A stretch of 64,000 bases of DNA from the NCBI GenBank assembly GCA_963704885.1, contig CAVPIB010000004.1, forward strand, positions 928,001 through 992,000, in the 5' to 3' direction. Both the position numbers and the translations under genes were made by a program. Every line of letters starts with the position of its first letter. The stretch's first letter is position 1. This document shows, in pieces, positions 28,366-37,822 of the stretch. Under the pieces are notes generated by a model, which did not search any database, was not told the DNA's origin, and saw nothing but the letters and a program-made list of their open reading frames with translations. This DNA comes from an uncultured Actinomycetes bacterium (GTDB lineage: Bacteria > Actinomycetota > UBA4738 > HRBIN12).

Positions 28366-30291
28366 TCATGCGGCCGGACTGAACCCTTCGATGATCAACG
28401 TGTGATCATCGAGCCAGCTCGGATCAGCGCCCTCGCCCACCATCCGCTGCCGACCGAGACCGACGTCGACGAACTTGATGGGGTGCATGTAGAGCGTCTG
28501 GAATGCGACCTTCGTGCCGTCGGGTGACCACATCGGCCACAGAGCTTCCGTGTCGATCTGACTCATCGAGCAGCACGAATGGCCAACCGGGCGGGCGTGG
28601 GTCCCATCGGCGTCGACGAGCCAGATCGTCCCCGACGTCATCTCCGTCAGGTCGGATCCATCGAAGTCGGTCCTGCGGTAGGCGATCGTCGTCCCGTCCG
28701 GGGAATACGTTCCAAAGGCTCCGGTCAACAGGAAGGAACTCGGGCCCCCTGTCGACGGCACGGTGCGCAGGGTGAGTCGGTGTTCTCGGATCGCCGTGTA
28801 AAGGATGGTTTGCCCGTCGGCGCTGAAGTTGGGCGCCCAGATCTCGCGCCGTTCCTGGATGACGCGCGTGATGTCGCCGGTGGCGGTGTCGAGGAGGAAG
28901 GCCGAGGGACCCTCGCTGAACACGATCGTCGTCCCATCGGGCGACCAATCGGGGGCAGACACACCCCCTTGCGGTGCGAACCAACGGATGTGCGATCCGT
29001 CGACGTTCGCCACGAAGATCGCCTCCCCATCGTCGAACGCGAGCTTCGCGCCGTCGGGCGACACCCGGAAGTGGGCGACCCCGGCGATCGAGCGGATGCT
29101 CTTGGGCAGGCCCGTCGCCTTCCCGGTTCGCAGATCGACGAAGGAAACGTCTGCCAGGCCGAGGGCTTGCGGTTCCGGCAACGCCGCCATGAAGTAGGAG
29201 ACGATCAGGGTGCCCTCGTCGAGCCAGCTGGGCTCCTGCCCCGTCCCGGCGACCCACCGGTCGCCGGAAACCGCGTCGTAGACCCTCACGGAGCCATTCG
29301 GATAGCCATGGAACACACCGCCGCCGCACACGCAGGCGAGATGGGATCCGTCGGGAGACCACACCAGTCGTGTGTGCTCCCAGGTGAGGGCCGACGAGTA
29401 GTACCCGCCGCCGGCGGCCACCAGCCGCCTCCGCCGCGACCCGTCGGCGTCGGCGAGCCGGATCGCCGGCGTCCACCCCCACCAGCTGGACGCCGACTCC
29501 CTGGGTCGGGTCCGGTGATAGGCGATCGTGGTCCCATCCGGTGAGAAGGCGCCGTACGCGGCGTTCTCGATCAACAGCTCCGGCCTGCCACCGGCGGTCG
29601 GGACCGTCCACAGCCCTAGCCATCGACCATGCCCCCCCGTGGCGGTGAATAGGATGCGCCGGCCGTCGGGGCTGAAACTGGCGGTCGCCGCCCCGGCTTC
29701 CCGGAACTCCCGGCCAGACGAGAACGTGATCTGCCGTCGGGCTTGTGATGCCACATCCACGACGGACAGGTTCGTCCGGGCTGCCCTCGGGTTGTTCCAC
29801 TCGAAGACGAGCTCGGAGCCGTCCGGCGACCAACCGGGGTCGGACGCCGACCCCGGTCCCTGGGTCACCTGCCGCAATCCCGAGCCATCGATGCTCGACA
29901 CGAAGATCTGCCCCTCGGACGTGAACGCGAGCTCGGCACCGTCCGGTGAGACCTGGAAGTTCTGAGCACCGGCGACCGCGCGGAGCGCGCGCGGCAGCGG
30001 CCGGGTCCCGCCGTCGCGGACGTCGAGCAAGACCACGTTCTCGAGGTGTTGTACAGCGGGTGCGGCGGAAGAGGCCGAAGGAGCCGCCACCTCGGTGGGA
30101 GCGGCGGGCGACGCTTCCGTTCGATCGGATCCTTCGTCGCCCACCGACAGCACGCGGGCCAACCCGATCGCCAGCAGGACGGCGACACCGACCAACGCCA
30201 CGATGGATGCGGCCCAGAGGGCCCGGGTCTTGATCGGCCTGCGCGGCTCGCGATCGTCACGGCGCACGTGGGGCTCGAGATCCTGTTTCAT
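28366..30291 (-). CDS. Membrane-anchored TolB-like (PD40 repeat) beta-propeller protein
   Basis: N-terminal TM, many (W/F)SPDG repeats arranged in two similar halves. Confidence 0.85.
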   Translation of the reverse strand: MKQDLEPHVRRDDREPRRPIKTRALWAASIVALVGVAVLLAIGLARVLSVGDEGSDRTEASPAAPTEVAAPSASSAAPAVQHLENVVLLDVRDGGTRPLPRALRAVAGAQNFQVSPDGAELAFTSEGQIFVSSIDGSGLRQVTQGPGSASDPGWSPDGSELVFEWNNPRAARTNLSVVDVASQARRQITFSSGREFREAGAATASFSPDGRRILFTATGGHGRWLGLWTVPTAGGRPELLIENAAYGAFSPDGTTIAYHRTRPRESASSWWGWTPAIRLADADGSRRRRLVAAGGGYYSSALTWEHTRLVWSPDGSHLACVCGGGVFHGYPNGSVRVYDAVSGDRWVAGTGQEPSWLDEGTLIVSYFMAALPEPQALGLADVSFVDLRTGKATGLPKSIRSIAGVAHFRVSPDGAKLAFDDGEAIFVANVDGSHIRWFAPQGGVSAPDWSPDGTTIVFSEGPSAFLLDTATGDITRVIQERREIWAPNFSADGQTILYTAIREHRLTLRTVPSTGGPSSFLLTGAFGTYSPDGTTIAYRRTDFDGSDLTEMTSGTIWLVDADGTHARPVGHSCCSMSQIDTEALWPMWSPDGTKVAFQTLYMHPIKFVDVGLGRQRMVGEGADPSWLDDHTLIIEGFSPAA

Positions 30292-30412
30292 GGCCTGGCC
30301 TCCTCGTTTCGTTCACGATCCTATCTCGAGGCCGAGGATGCTCCTGCGCCCCCAAGAGCCGCCTGAGCCGTGCGCAAGAACCACGCAAGCCAGGAGGCGG
30401 AGCCGGAAGGCG

Positions 30413-33400
30413 CTATGGGCAGGGATCGACGTGCAGGTACTGGCGGCACTCTTCTGACGTGAGCGACCGTGTGACGTTCGTTCGAGCGATCGCGAGCAGC
30501 TCGTCGATGTCGAGGGTCCAGACGCGCACACCGTCACAGTCCTGCGCCGCGAGGAGCGCGCCGTCGGGACTGAACGCGAGGCCGCCCCCGTAGCAGAACT
30601 CGTGCCCTAGATCCGGCGCCGGCGCAGGCAGCGTGAGACGCAGCTCCCGCGTGTCGGTGTCGTAGAGACGCACCTCCTGCCTCCCGATGACCGCCAGGGT
30701 CGACCCGTCGGGACTGAACGAGACGCGTCCCCTCGCTTCCTCGGGAAACGACCCCAAGAGCTGCGCGGATGCCACGTCCCAGATCCGGATGGGTCCATCC
30801 TCATCCTGCGTGACGATCCTTCCCCCGCGAGGATCGATCGCCACGCTGGTCGCGTGGGTGGGGAGAGTGGCGATCTCGGACCCGTCAGCACCGTCGAGCA
30901 CGACCACGACCCGATCCGGGTCTGCGTCGGCGCCGGCGATGGCGATGGTCCCGTCCGGACCAACCTCCAGGACTCCGATCGACAGCGGCTGCGCCCTCCG
31001 CCAGACCTCGCGACCGTCGAGTCCGACCAACGCGATGGAAGCCTGCGTGGGCGAGACGACGAGGTGGGCGCCATCGGGCGCCCAGGATGCGAACGCTGTC
31101 TCGATCGGAGGTCGGCTGACGCTCGTCCCTTCGACCAGGGCGAGGACCCCACCGCGACGCTGCTGGATGACCGATCCGTCGACCGGGTTCACCTCGAACG
31201 GGGCGATCGGCAACGTGAGGGAGAGTCCGAACGGGGTCGGCGCGGGCGCCCCCAGATCCCACGCGAGGAGGCCCGCCCCGGCCTTCCCATCGTCGGCGAC
31301 GATGATGAGTCGGCTCCCCGACGGCGTGAACTCGACCTGGCCCGACCAGATGGTCGGCAGCGACAGACCGGCCCGCTCCCCGTCGCCCACGGGGCGAACG
31401 TCCCAGATCCGGACGGCATCCGAGGCGGTCACGATCCGCTGACCGTCGGCGGTGAAAGCGACGTCCGTGACGGCGCCGGCGCCGGCGCCGCCGGCCGCGA
31501 GGAACGCCAGTGTCGATCGGAACTCGGTGGAACCGACCTCCCAGACCTTGGCGCTTCCGTCGATCGAGCCCGTGACCAGTCGCTCGCCGTCGGGGCTCCA
31601 GTCGGAGGTGATGACGGTGGCGTCGTGCTGCCAGGCGGTGTACAAGAGCTCCCCGGTCGTCGAATCCCAGACGTAGGCACTGCCCGATAGGAGACGACCA
31701 TCGGGACTCCATGACAGGGGGCCGTTGATCCCCCTGAAGGGCGGCGCTCTGAAAGCGACACCGCGACCACGGCCGATGGTGGGAACGATGCGGCCGCCAT
31801 CATCGCCGTTCCTCTCCACCATGACGATGGCGATGCGCGACCCGTCGGGACTGAGTGCCACGTGGTCGTAGTGGTTCAGGCCATCGAACGTCCTGACCAC
31901 TCGCAACGTCCTGACCACTCGCCCGGTATCGGCGCGAGCCACAACGACTCGGCCGGCCGACGGCCAGCGCGCCGCCACCAGCGAACCCTGCACGTCGAGT
32001 GCGATCCCCCGTGCCTCGCGCGAGCCGTGACGTTCCCACAAGAGGGAATCGCTCTCTGCGTCCCACACGCGGAGCCAGCCGTCGGTCCCAGTCGTGATGA
32101 GGCTCGTCCCGTCCGGCGTGAACGCCATGTCGGTCACACGACCCTCGTGCGCGCCGAAGGCGCGCACGAGGGCACCCGAGGGATCGAGGATCGCCACGCG
32201 CCCGGGCCCGTCTGCTTCTTGCGCCGCGATCGAACCGTCGACGCTCGTGGCGACGGGGCCGCTCAGCCCCGGGATCGTCGCGACGATCCGTGACGCCGCG
32301 ATCGCGCGGTGGAGCGCCTCCACGGCCTCCGGAACCGCTGCACCGGTGGCTGCGCGCGAGCGTTCCACCGCCTCCATCGCGAGCAGCACCGCGCGCTCGG
32401 GGTCGTCGTCGAGGTTCGCGACCGATGCGGCGGCCAGCTCGCGGGCCCCCGAGATCGCTGCCTCGCGGCTCGCGCGGCGACTCTGGCCGGTCGCGACGAG
32501 CGTGAGCGAGCCCGCGACGAGAGCGGCCACCGCGAAGACCGCGACGAGCGCGCGGAGCCGCCGGGCCGCACGCCGCTCGACCTCAGCCTCGTGCTCGCGC
32601 CGTCGCTCGTCCGTGAGCCGCTCTTCCTCGCGCGCGCCGGCGGCGGCGGCCACGTACCTCCGAACGTCGTGTCCGAGCGCCAGGCCCGTCGACCCGACCC
32701 ACCCTTCGGCCTGCTCGAGCCTGGCTCCCCGCAGAAGGAAGCTCGGATCCTGCCCGGCTGCGGCCCACTCCGACGCGGCCCGGGCCAGGATGCGTTCCTG
32801 ACGCAGGTCTTCGCGCGCCTCGTCGATCCACCCGTGCAGCCGTGGCCATGCGTCGAGGAGCGCCTCGTGCGCGATCTCGACGGTCGGCTCGCGAGAGGCA
32901 GGCTCGCGGTCGAACGTCAGGATCCTCAGGCGCCCGAACGTCTCGAGCACGTGGTCGATCGTCGTGTCCTCGAGGTTCAGCGAGCCGAGGGTACTTCGCG
33001 TGACCCGTCGCCGCGTATCCCGCCTGCCCTCACCGAGCGCTACGAGCCGGAGGAAGATCTGGCGGATCGCGCGCCGCTCGTCCCCGCCGGCCCGCCGCAC
33101 CGCCTGGTCCGCGCTCGACGCCAGCGTGCCCACGATGCCACCGAGGTCGCGATAAGTGGCGAGCGTCATCGCGCGGTCGGAACGCCGGTCGAACAGTTCG
33201 GTCAGGGTGAACTGGATCAGTGGCAGCGAGCCCGGTTGGTGAGCCGCATCCGCGATCATGTCCGCCACGAGACCCGGCTGGGGGTGCACGCCGGCGCGTT
33301 CGGCCGGGCCGCGGATCGCCTGTTCCAGTTCGTCCGGCTGCAGCGGAGCGATCGCTTCGGTCCGGCTCGCGAGCAGCTCCCCGAACCTCGGGTATACGAG

Positions 33401-35347
33401 CGGTCGGTCGTAGAGATCCGCCCGGAGGGTGGCGATCACGCGCACTCGGCTCTCGGGATCGGCGCACGCCACTCGGATGCATTCCAGGAAGTCCGCCCGC
33501 TCGGCCTCCGTCTCGGTGAGCGTGAAGAGCTCCTCGAACTGGTCGATCACGATGACCACATCCGCGTCGCCGGGGATCGCCTTCTTCACGGCCTCGAGGA
33601 GCCCCCGGGAGCTCCCACGGACGACGTCTCCCAAGCGCTGCACGGCTCGAACCGACACGCGGCCGAGCGCGGCCTCGAGCTCGTCGTACGGATGCGGTCC
33701 CGGGGAGAGCTCGGTGGCGAGGACCGGCTCGCCCAGCGCACCATCGCGCAAAGCCGGAACGACGCCCGCCCGCACGAGCGACGACTTGCCGCATCCGCTC
33801 GGACCGACAACCGCGACGAACCGCGCGTTCGGACCCGATTCGAGGAGACGCTCTATAACCTGCCCAACGGCCATCGAACGGCCGAAGAAGTCCGACGCGT
33901 CGGCCTCTGAGAACGGCCGCAGTCCTCGATACGGGTTCCGGAGGGGGTCGTCGACGAGAACCGCGGTCTGCGGCACGGAGGTGGCGAGTGCGGCACGGGC
34001 GGCGTCGGCGAACGCGTCGGCGGCGACCGGCTGCGAACCATCCGCCCCATCGAGCAGTTCCGCCAGGAGTTCGGGAAGGCTGCCGCCGAGCAAACGCCGG
34101 ACGATCGATCCGAGCCGGTAGACGTCGTCCTCCGCCGATGGCGGCGAGCCGGCCCCGATCGAGAACCCCGTGACGTAGGCGTTGCCGTCCGCATCGAAGA
34201 TCACGTTGGCGTCGTCGAAGTCGCCGTGGGCGACCCCCTGTCGATGCGCGAACGCCAACGCTGACGACACCTGCTCGATCACCTGGAGGGCTCGGCCGCG
34301 ATCGAGCTCCTCTCCTCGCTCGACGACGGCCCGTAGCGACGAGCCTCGCAGGTAGCGCCGCACGACGTAGGCACGACCGGGCTCACGCCAGTAGTCGTAG
34401 ATCGGGACGATGTACGGGTGCTCGAGGGCCGCAACCGCTTGCGCTTCCGGCTCGAAGCGCTCGACGAACGCCTGCGTGCTCGCGAGGTGCTCGTGGAAGA
34501 CCTCGACCTCGACATCGCGCCCAACCCGAGGCTGGATCGCCCGGAATCGGATACCTGAGCTCGTCTCGCCGAGCTTCTCCAACAGCCGGTAGCCCCGGAG
34601 CGGCTCGCCTCGTAGCTCGAGTGAAAGGTCCTGCGCGAGGATCAGCCCGTGCAGCCGCGCGAGCTCGGCCGAGGGATCGATCCCCAGCTCATCGGCGAGG
34701 ATCTCCCGGGCGCGCTGGAATGCCCCAAGCGCCTCGGCCTGACGCCCTTCCCTGTAGAACGCGAGCATCAACTGTTCCCAGAGGCGCTCCCGCAGCGGGT
34801 GGCGCGCGAGGAGCGGTTCGAGCTCCCCGATCGCGCGCGCCGCCCACCCCGCGGCAAGGAGCGCCCCGATCCGCTCCTCCATCGCCTCCATCCGCCGCGC
34901 GTCGAGCCGGGCTGCCTCCGCGAGCAAGGAGCGCTCGGCTACATCGGCGAGCGCGGGTCCCCGCCACATCGCGAGTGCGTCTTCGAGCGTGTCGATCGCG
35001 ACCTTCGGGTCGACGGGAAGGGTCTTCCGCGCGTCGCGCACGAGTGCGTCGAACCTGGTGGCGTCGACGTCGAGGGGATCGAGGACCATGACGTATCCGG
35101 GATCCCGACCCTTAAGGATCCCCTCACCGAGTGTCTTGCGCAGGTTCGACACGTAGGTCTGAAGCGTGTTCCGCGCCCCGGCGGGCGGCTCGTCGCCCCA
35201 GATCTCCTCGATCAACGTGTCAGCGGGGACGACCTCGTTCGCGCGAACGAGGAGGTTGGCGAGGACGGCGCGCTGCTTCGGGCCGCCCAGCGGCAACGCA
35301 CCGTCGCCCGCGTCGACCTCCAACGGGCCGAGCACTCGGAACTGCAC
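30413..35347 (-). CDS. SARP/BTAD regulator - pseudokinase - nSTAND1 NTPase - TM - WD40 protein
   Basis: FRVLGPL and HPLRERLW (BTAD); degenerate kinase; NPYRGLRPF, GPSGCGKSS, IDQFEELF, HEALL (nSTAND1); TM; WD40 repeats. Confidence 0.9.
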   Translation of the reverse strand: MQFRVLGPLEVDAGDGALPLGGPKQRAVLANLLVRANEVVPADTLIEEIWGDEPPAGARNTLQTYVSNLRKTLGEGILKGRDPGYVMVLDPLDVDATRFDALVRDARKTLPVDPKVAIDTLEDALAMWRGPALADVAERSLLAEAARLDARRMEAMEERIGALLAAGWAARAIGELEPLLARHPLRERLWEQLMLAFYREGRQAEALGAFQRAREILADELGIDPSAELARLHGLILAQDLSLELRGEPLRGYRLLEKLGETSSGIRFRAIQPRVGRDVEVEVFHEHLASTQAFVERFEPEAQAVAALEHPYIVPIYDYWREPGRAYVVRRYLRGSSLRAVVERGEELDRGRALQVIEQVSSALAFAHRQGVAHGDFDDANVIFDADGNAYVTGFSIGAGSPPSAEDDVYRLGSIVRRLLGGSLPELLAELLDGADGSQPVAADAFADAARAALATSVPQTAVLVDDPLRNPYRGLRPFSEADASDFFGRSMAVGQVIERLLESGPNARFVAVVGPSGCGKSSLVRAGVVPALRDGALGEPVLATELSPGPHPYDELEAALGRVSVRAVQRLGDVVRGSSRGLLEAVKKAIPGDADVVIVIDQFEELFTLTETEAERADFLECIRVACADPESRVRVIATLRADLYDRPLVYPRFGELLASRTEAIAPLQPDELEQAIRGPAERAGVHPQPGLVADMIADAAHQPGSLPLIQFTLTELFDRRSDRAMTLATYRDLGGIVGTLASSADQAVRRAGGDERRAIRQIFLRLVALGEGRRDTRRRVTRSTLGSLNLEDTTIDHVLETFGRLRILTFDREPASREPTVEIAHEALLDAWPRLHGWIDEAREDLRQERILARAASEWAAAGQDPSFLLRGARLEQAEGWVGSTGLALGHDVRRYVAAAAGAREEERLTDERRREHEAEVERRAARRLRALVAVFAVAALVAGSLTLVATGQSRRASREAAISGARELAAASVANLDDDPERAVLLAMEAVERSRAATGAAVPEAVEALHRAIAASRIVATIPGLSGPVATSVDGSIAAQEADGPGRVAILDPSGALVRAFGAHEGRVTDMAFTPDGTSLITTGTDGWLRVWDAESDSLLWERHGSREARGIALDVQGSLVAARWPSAGRVVVARADTGRVVRTLRVVRTFDGLNHYDHVALSPDGSRIAIVMVERNGDDGGRIVPTIGRGRGVAFRAPPFRGINGPLSWSPDGRLLSGSAYVWDSTTGELLYTAWQHDATVITSDWSPDGERLVTGSIDGSAKVWEVGSTEFRSTLAFLAAGGAGAGAVTDVAFTADGQRIVTASDAVRIWDVRPVGDGERAGLSLPTIWSGQVEFTPSGSRLIIVADDGKAGAGLLAWDLGAPAPTPFGLSLTLPIAPFEVNPVDGSVIQQRRGGVLALVEGTSVSRPPIETAFASWAPDGAHLVVSPTQASIALVGLDGREVWRRAQPLSIGVLEVGPDGTIAIAGADADPDRVVVVLDGADGSEIATLPTHATSVAIDPRGGRIVTQDEDGPIRIWDVASAQLLGSFPEEARGRVSFSPDGSTLAVIGRQEVRLYDTDTRELRLTLPAPAPDLGHEFCYGGGLAFSPDGALLAAQDCDGVRVWTLDIDELLAIARTNVTRSLTSEECRQYLHVDPCP
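31887..31922. repeat. Exact 18-bp tandem duplication, in frame
   Basis: AACGTCCTGACCACTCGC x2, encoding RVVRTL-RVVRTF. Confidence 0.85.
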
Positions 35348-35459
35348 CCGGCGACCGTACCCAGGACCTCGTTCGTGGCGCAAGGTGGCATCGTGGACCG
35401 GGCCGCGCAAGGTTCACGCAAACCCGAACGGATGCGCGGCGATATCCTCGTCGGAAGCT

Positions 35460-36509
35460 ATGTCGTTATCGAACCCGATCGCAGCGCAGCTCCGGGTCGC
35501 GATGCTAGCCCCGATCTCGTGGCGCGTACCGCCGCGGCACTACGGTCCGTGGGAACAGTTCGTGTCGCTGCTCACCGAGGGACTGGTCGAGCGGGGCTTG
35601 GACGTGACCTTGTTCGCGTCCGCCGACTCGATCACCGCCGCTCGTCTGGTCGGAACGATCCCAACCGGTTATTCGGAGGACCCCGACCTCGACGCGAAGG
35701 TTTGGGAGGGCCTGCACATCGCGACCGTTTTCGAGCGGGCCGGTGAGTTCGACCTGATCCACAACAGCTTCGACTTCCTCCCGCTCACGTACAGCGGTCT
35801 GGTCGAGACGCCGGTCGTCACCACGATCCACGGCTTCTCGTCGGAGCGCATCCTGCCGGTCTACGAGAGGTACGACGACCGGGGCTACTACGTGGCCATC
35901 AGCGACGCCGACCGCCACCCGAAGCTCGACTACGCGGCGACGATCCACCATGGCATCGACATGGGGCGGTTCCCCCTTCGAACGACGCCGGGCGACTACC
36001 TCCTGTTCTTCGGGCGGATCCACCCTGAGAAGGGCGCCGCGGAGGCGATCGAGGTCGCGCGGCGAGCCGGGGTGCCGTTGACGATCGCCGGCATAGTGCA
36101 GGACGAGGCTTACTTCCGCGAGTCCGTCGAACCCCGGGTCGACGGGGAGCGGGTCAGCTACATCGGTCCCGTGGGGCCAGACACGCGAGGCGAGCTGCTC
36201 GGCGGGGCACGTGCCCTGCTGCACTTGATCGACTTCGAGGAGCCGTTCGGGTTCAGCGTCGTCGAGGCGATGGCGTGTGGAACGCCGGTGATCGCCAACC
36301 GCCGCGGATCGATGCCCGAGATCGTCAGTCACGCGGAGAACGGATACCTGGTCGACTCCCTGGAGCAGGCCGTCGACGCGGTCGAGCTCGCGGCGCACCT
36401 GGACCGGACGGCGGTGCGCGCATCGGTCGAGGACCGCTTCAGCGTGAGCCGCATGGTCGACGAGTACGTGTCGCTCTATCGCCGGGTGGTGGCGGACCAT
36501 GCAGGCTGA
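35460..36509 (+). CDS. Glycosyltransferase family 4
   Basis: PPRHYGPWE, GRIHPEKG, EPFGFSVVEAMACGTPV. Confidence 0.92.
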   Translation: MSLSNPIAAQLRVAMLAPISWRVPPRHYGPWEQFVSLLTEGLVERGLDVTLFASADSITAARLVGTIPTGYSEDPDLDAKVWEGLHIATVFERAGEFDLIHNSFDFLPLTYSGLVETPVVTTIHGFSSERILPVYERYDDRGYYVAISDADRHPKLDYAATIHHGIDMGRFPLRTTPGDYLLFFGRIHPEKGAAEAIEVARRAGVPLTIAGIVQDEAYFRESVEPRVDGERVSYIGPVGPDTRGELLGGARALLHLIDFEEPFGFSVVEAMACGTPVIANRRGSMPEIVSHAENGYLVDSLEQAVDAVELAAHLDRTAVRASVEDRFSVSRMVDEYVSLYRRVVADHAG

Positions 36510-37731
36510 AGACGCCCCAGAGCAGCCGCCCTTCCGACTGGGGATCAACTATTGGCCGGCCCGCACGGCCATGCGGTGGTGGACTATGTTCGACTCCGCC
36601 GAGGTCGCCGAGGACTTCGAGCGGATCGCCGCGGGTCGATTCGACTCGGTCCGGCTGTTCCTGCGATGGGCGGATTTCCAGCCGGAGCCGAACAGCGTGG
36701 ACCGGGACATGCTCAAGCGGCTCGTGACCGTGGCTGATCTGGCTGCACGAGCCGGCCTTCAGATCATGCCAACACTGTTCACAGGTCACATGAGCGGTGT
36801 GAACTGGATCCCGGGCTGGGCTCTGGGCGGGCTCGATCGGGACGATCGGTTCCGGGTGATCTCAGGGGAGACGGCGGTCTCCGCCGGGCTTCGCAACTGG
36901 TACGCGGACGGGGAAGTCGCTCAGGCCCAGGCGCTCCTGGCCGGCGAAGCCGCGACCGCCCTGGCCGGTCACGGATCGTTGTGGGCGTGGGACCTGGGCA
37001 ACGAGAACTCGAACTGTGTCGTGCCCTCCGATCGTGTGCAGGCCAGGGGGTGGCTGGAGCAGATGTCCTCGGCGATCCGAGCCGCCGATGACTCCGCGCT
37101 CATCACCGTGGGCTTGCACATGGAGGACCTGGAGGAAGACCGGAAGCTCGGGCCGCGGGAAGCCGCCGACGTCTGCGACTTCCTCACGATGCATGGGTAC
37201 CCGATCTACGCGAAGTGGGCGGAGAGCGGAACCGATGCCCACCTTGTGCCGTTCCTGGCGCGGATCACCCGATGGCTCGGCGGAGGCTTGGACGTGTTGT
37301 TCTCCGAGTTCGGACTGCCGACGTTCCAGCAGGGCGATCCCGGAACAGAACAGGAGCGCTCGGAGAGCGCCTCGCCGCTCGTGGAGGAGCGAGACGCGGC
37401 GAGTTACACGGGTGAGGTCTTTGCGGGCCTCATACGGGCCGGATGCTCTGGCGCCATGCTGTGGTGCTATTCGGACTACTCCACGGACACTTGGAGGGAT
37501 CCACCCCTGGACGAGTCCGTCCACGAGCGTCATTTCGGGCTTTGGCGCGCCGACGGTTCGGCCAAGCCCGCGCTCGCGGCGGTCGCCGCCTCTGCCGACG
37601 TGCAACAGGCGGATGCTCCCGACGACGACTGGATCGACATCGACCAAGAGCGGTTCTGGGAACGGCCCGGCGTGGAACTACCCCGCTTGTACCGGTGCTA
37701 CCGCGGCCGCCCCGCAGCCACCTCGATGTGA
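36499..37731 (+). CDS. Glycoside hydrolase, clan GH-A (GH5/mannanase-like)
   Basis: GINYWP, WDLGNE (acid/base), FSEFG (nucleophile), ERHFGL; no signal peptide. Confidence 0.8.
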   Translation: MQAEDAPEQPPFRLGINYWPARTAMRWWTMFDSAEVAEDFERIAAGRFDSVRLFLRWADFQPEPNSVDRDMLKRLVTVADLAARAGLQIMPTLFTGHMSGVNWIPGWALGGLDRDDRFRVISGETAVSAGLRNWYADGEVAQAQALLAGEAATALAGHGSLWAWDLGNENSNCVVPSDRVQARGWLEQMSSAIRAADDSALITVGLHMEDLEEDRKLGPREAADVCDFLTMHGYPIYAKWAESGTDAHLVPFLARITRWLGGGLDVLFSEFGLPTFQQGDPGTEQERSESASPLVEERDAASYTGEVFAGLIRAGCSGAMLWCYSDYSTDTWRDPPLDESVHERHFGLWRADGSAKPALAAVAASADVQQADAPDDDWIDIDQERFWERPGVELPRLYRCYRGRPAATSM

Positions 37732-37822
37732 GCGACCCCTCGAGCGACCCCTATGACGTCGGCCGGACTACCATCCAGGTGCGCGGCGTCGCCTCGCGAC
37801 TTCCAACACTCAGGGAGCACTC

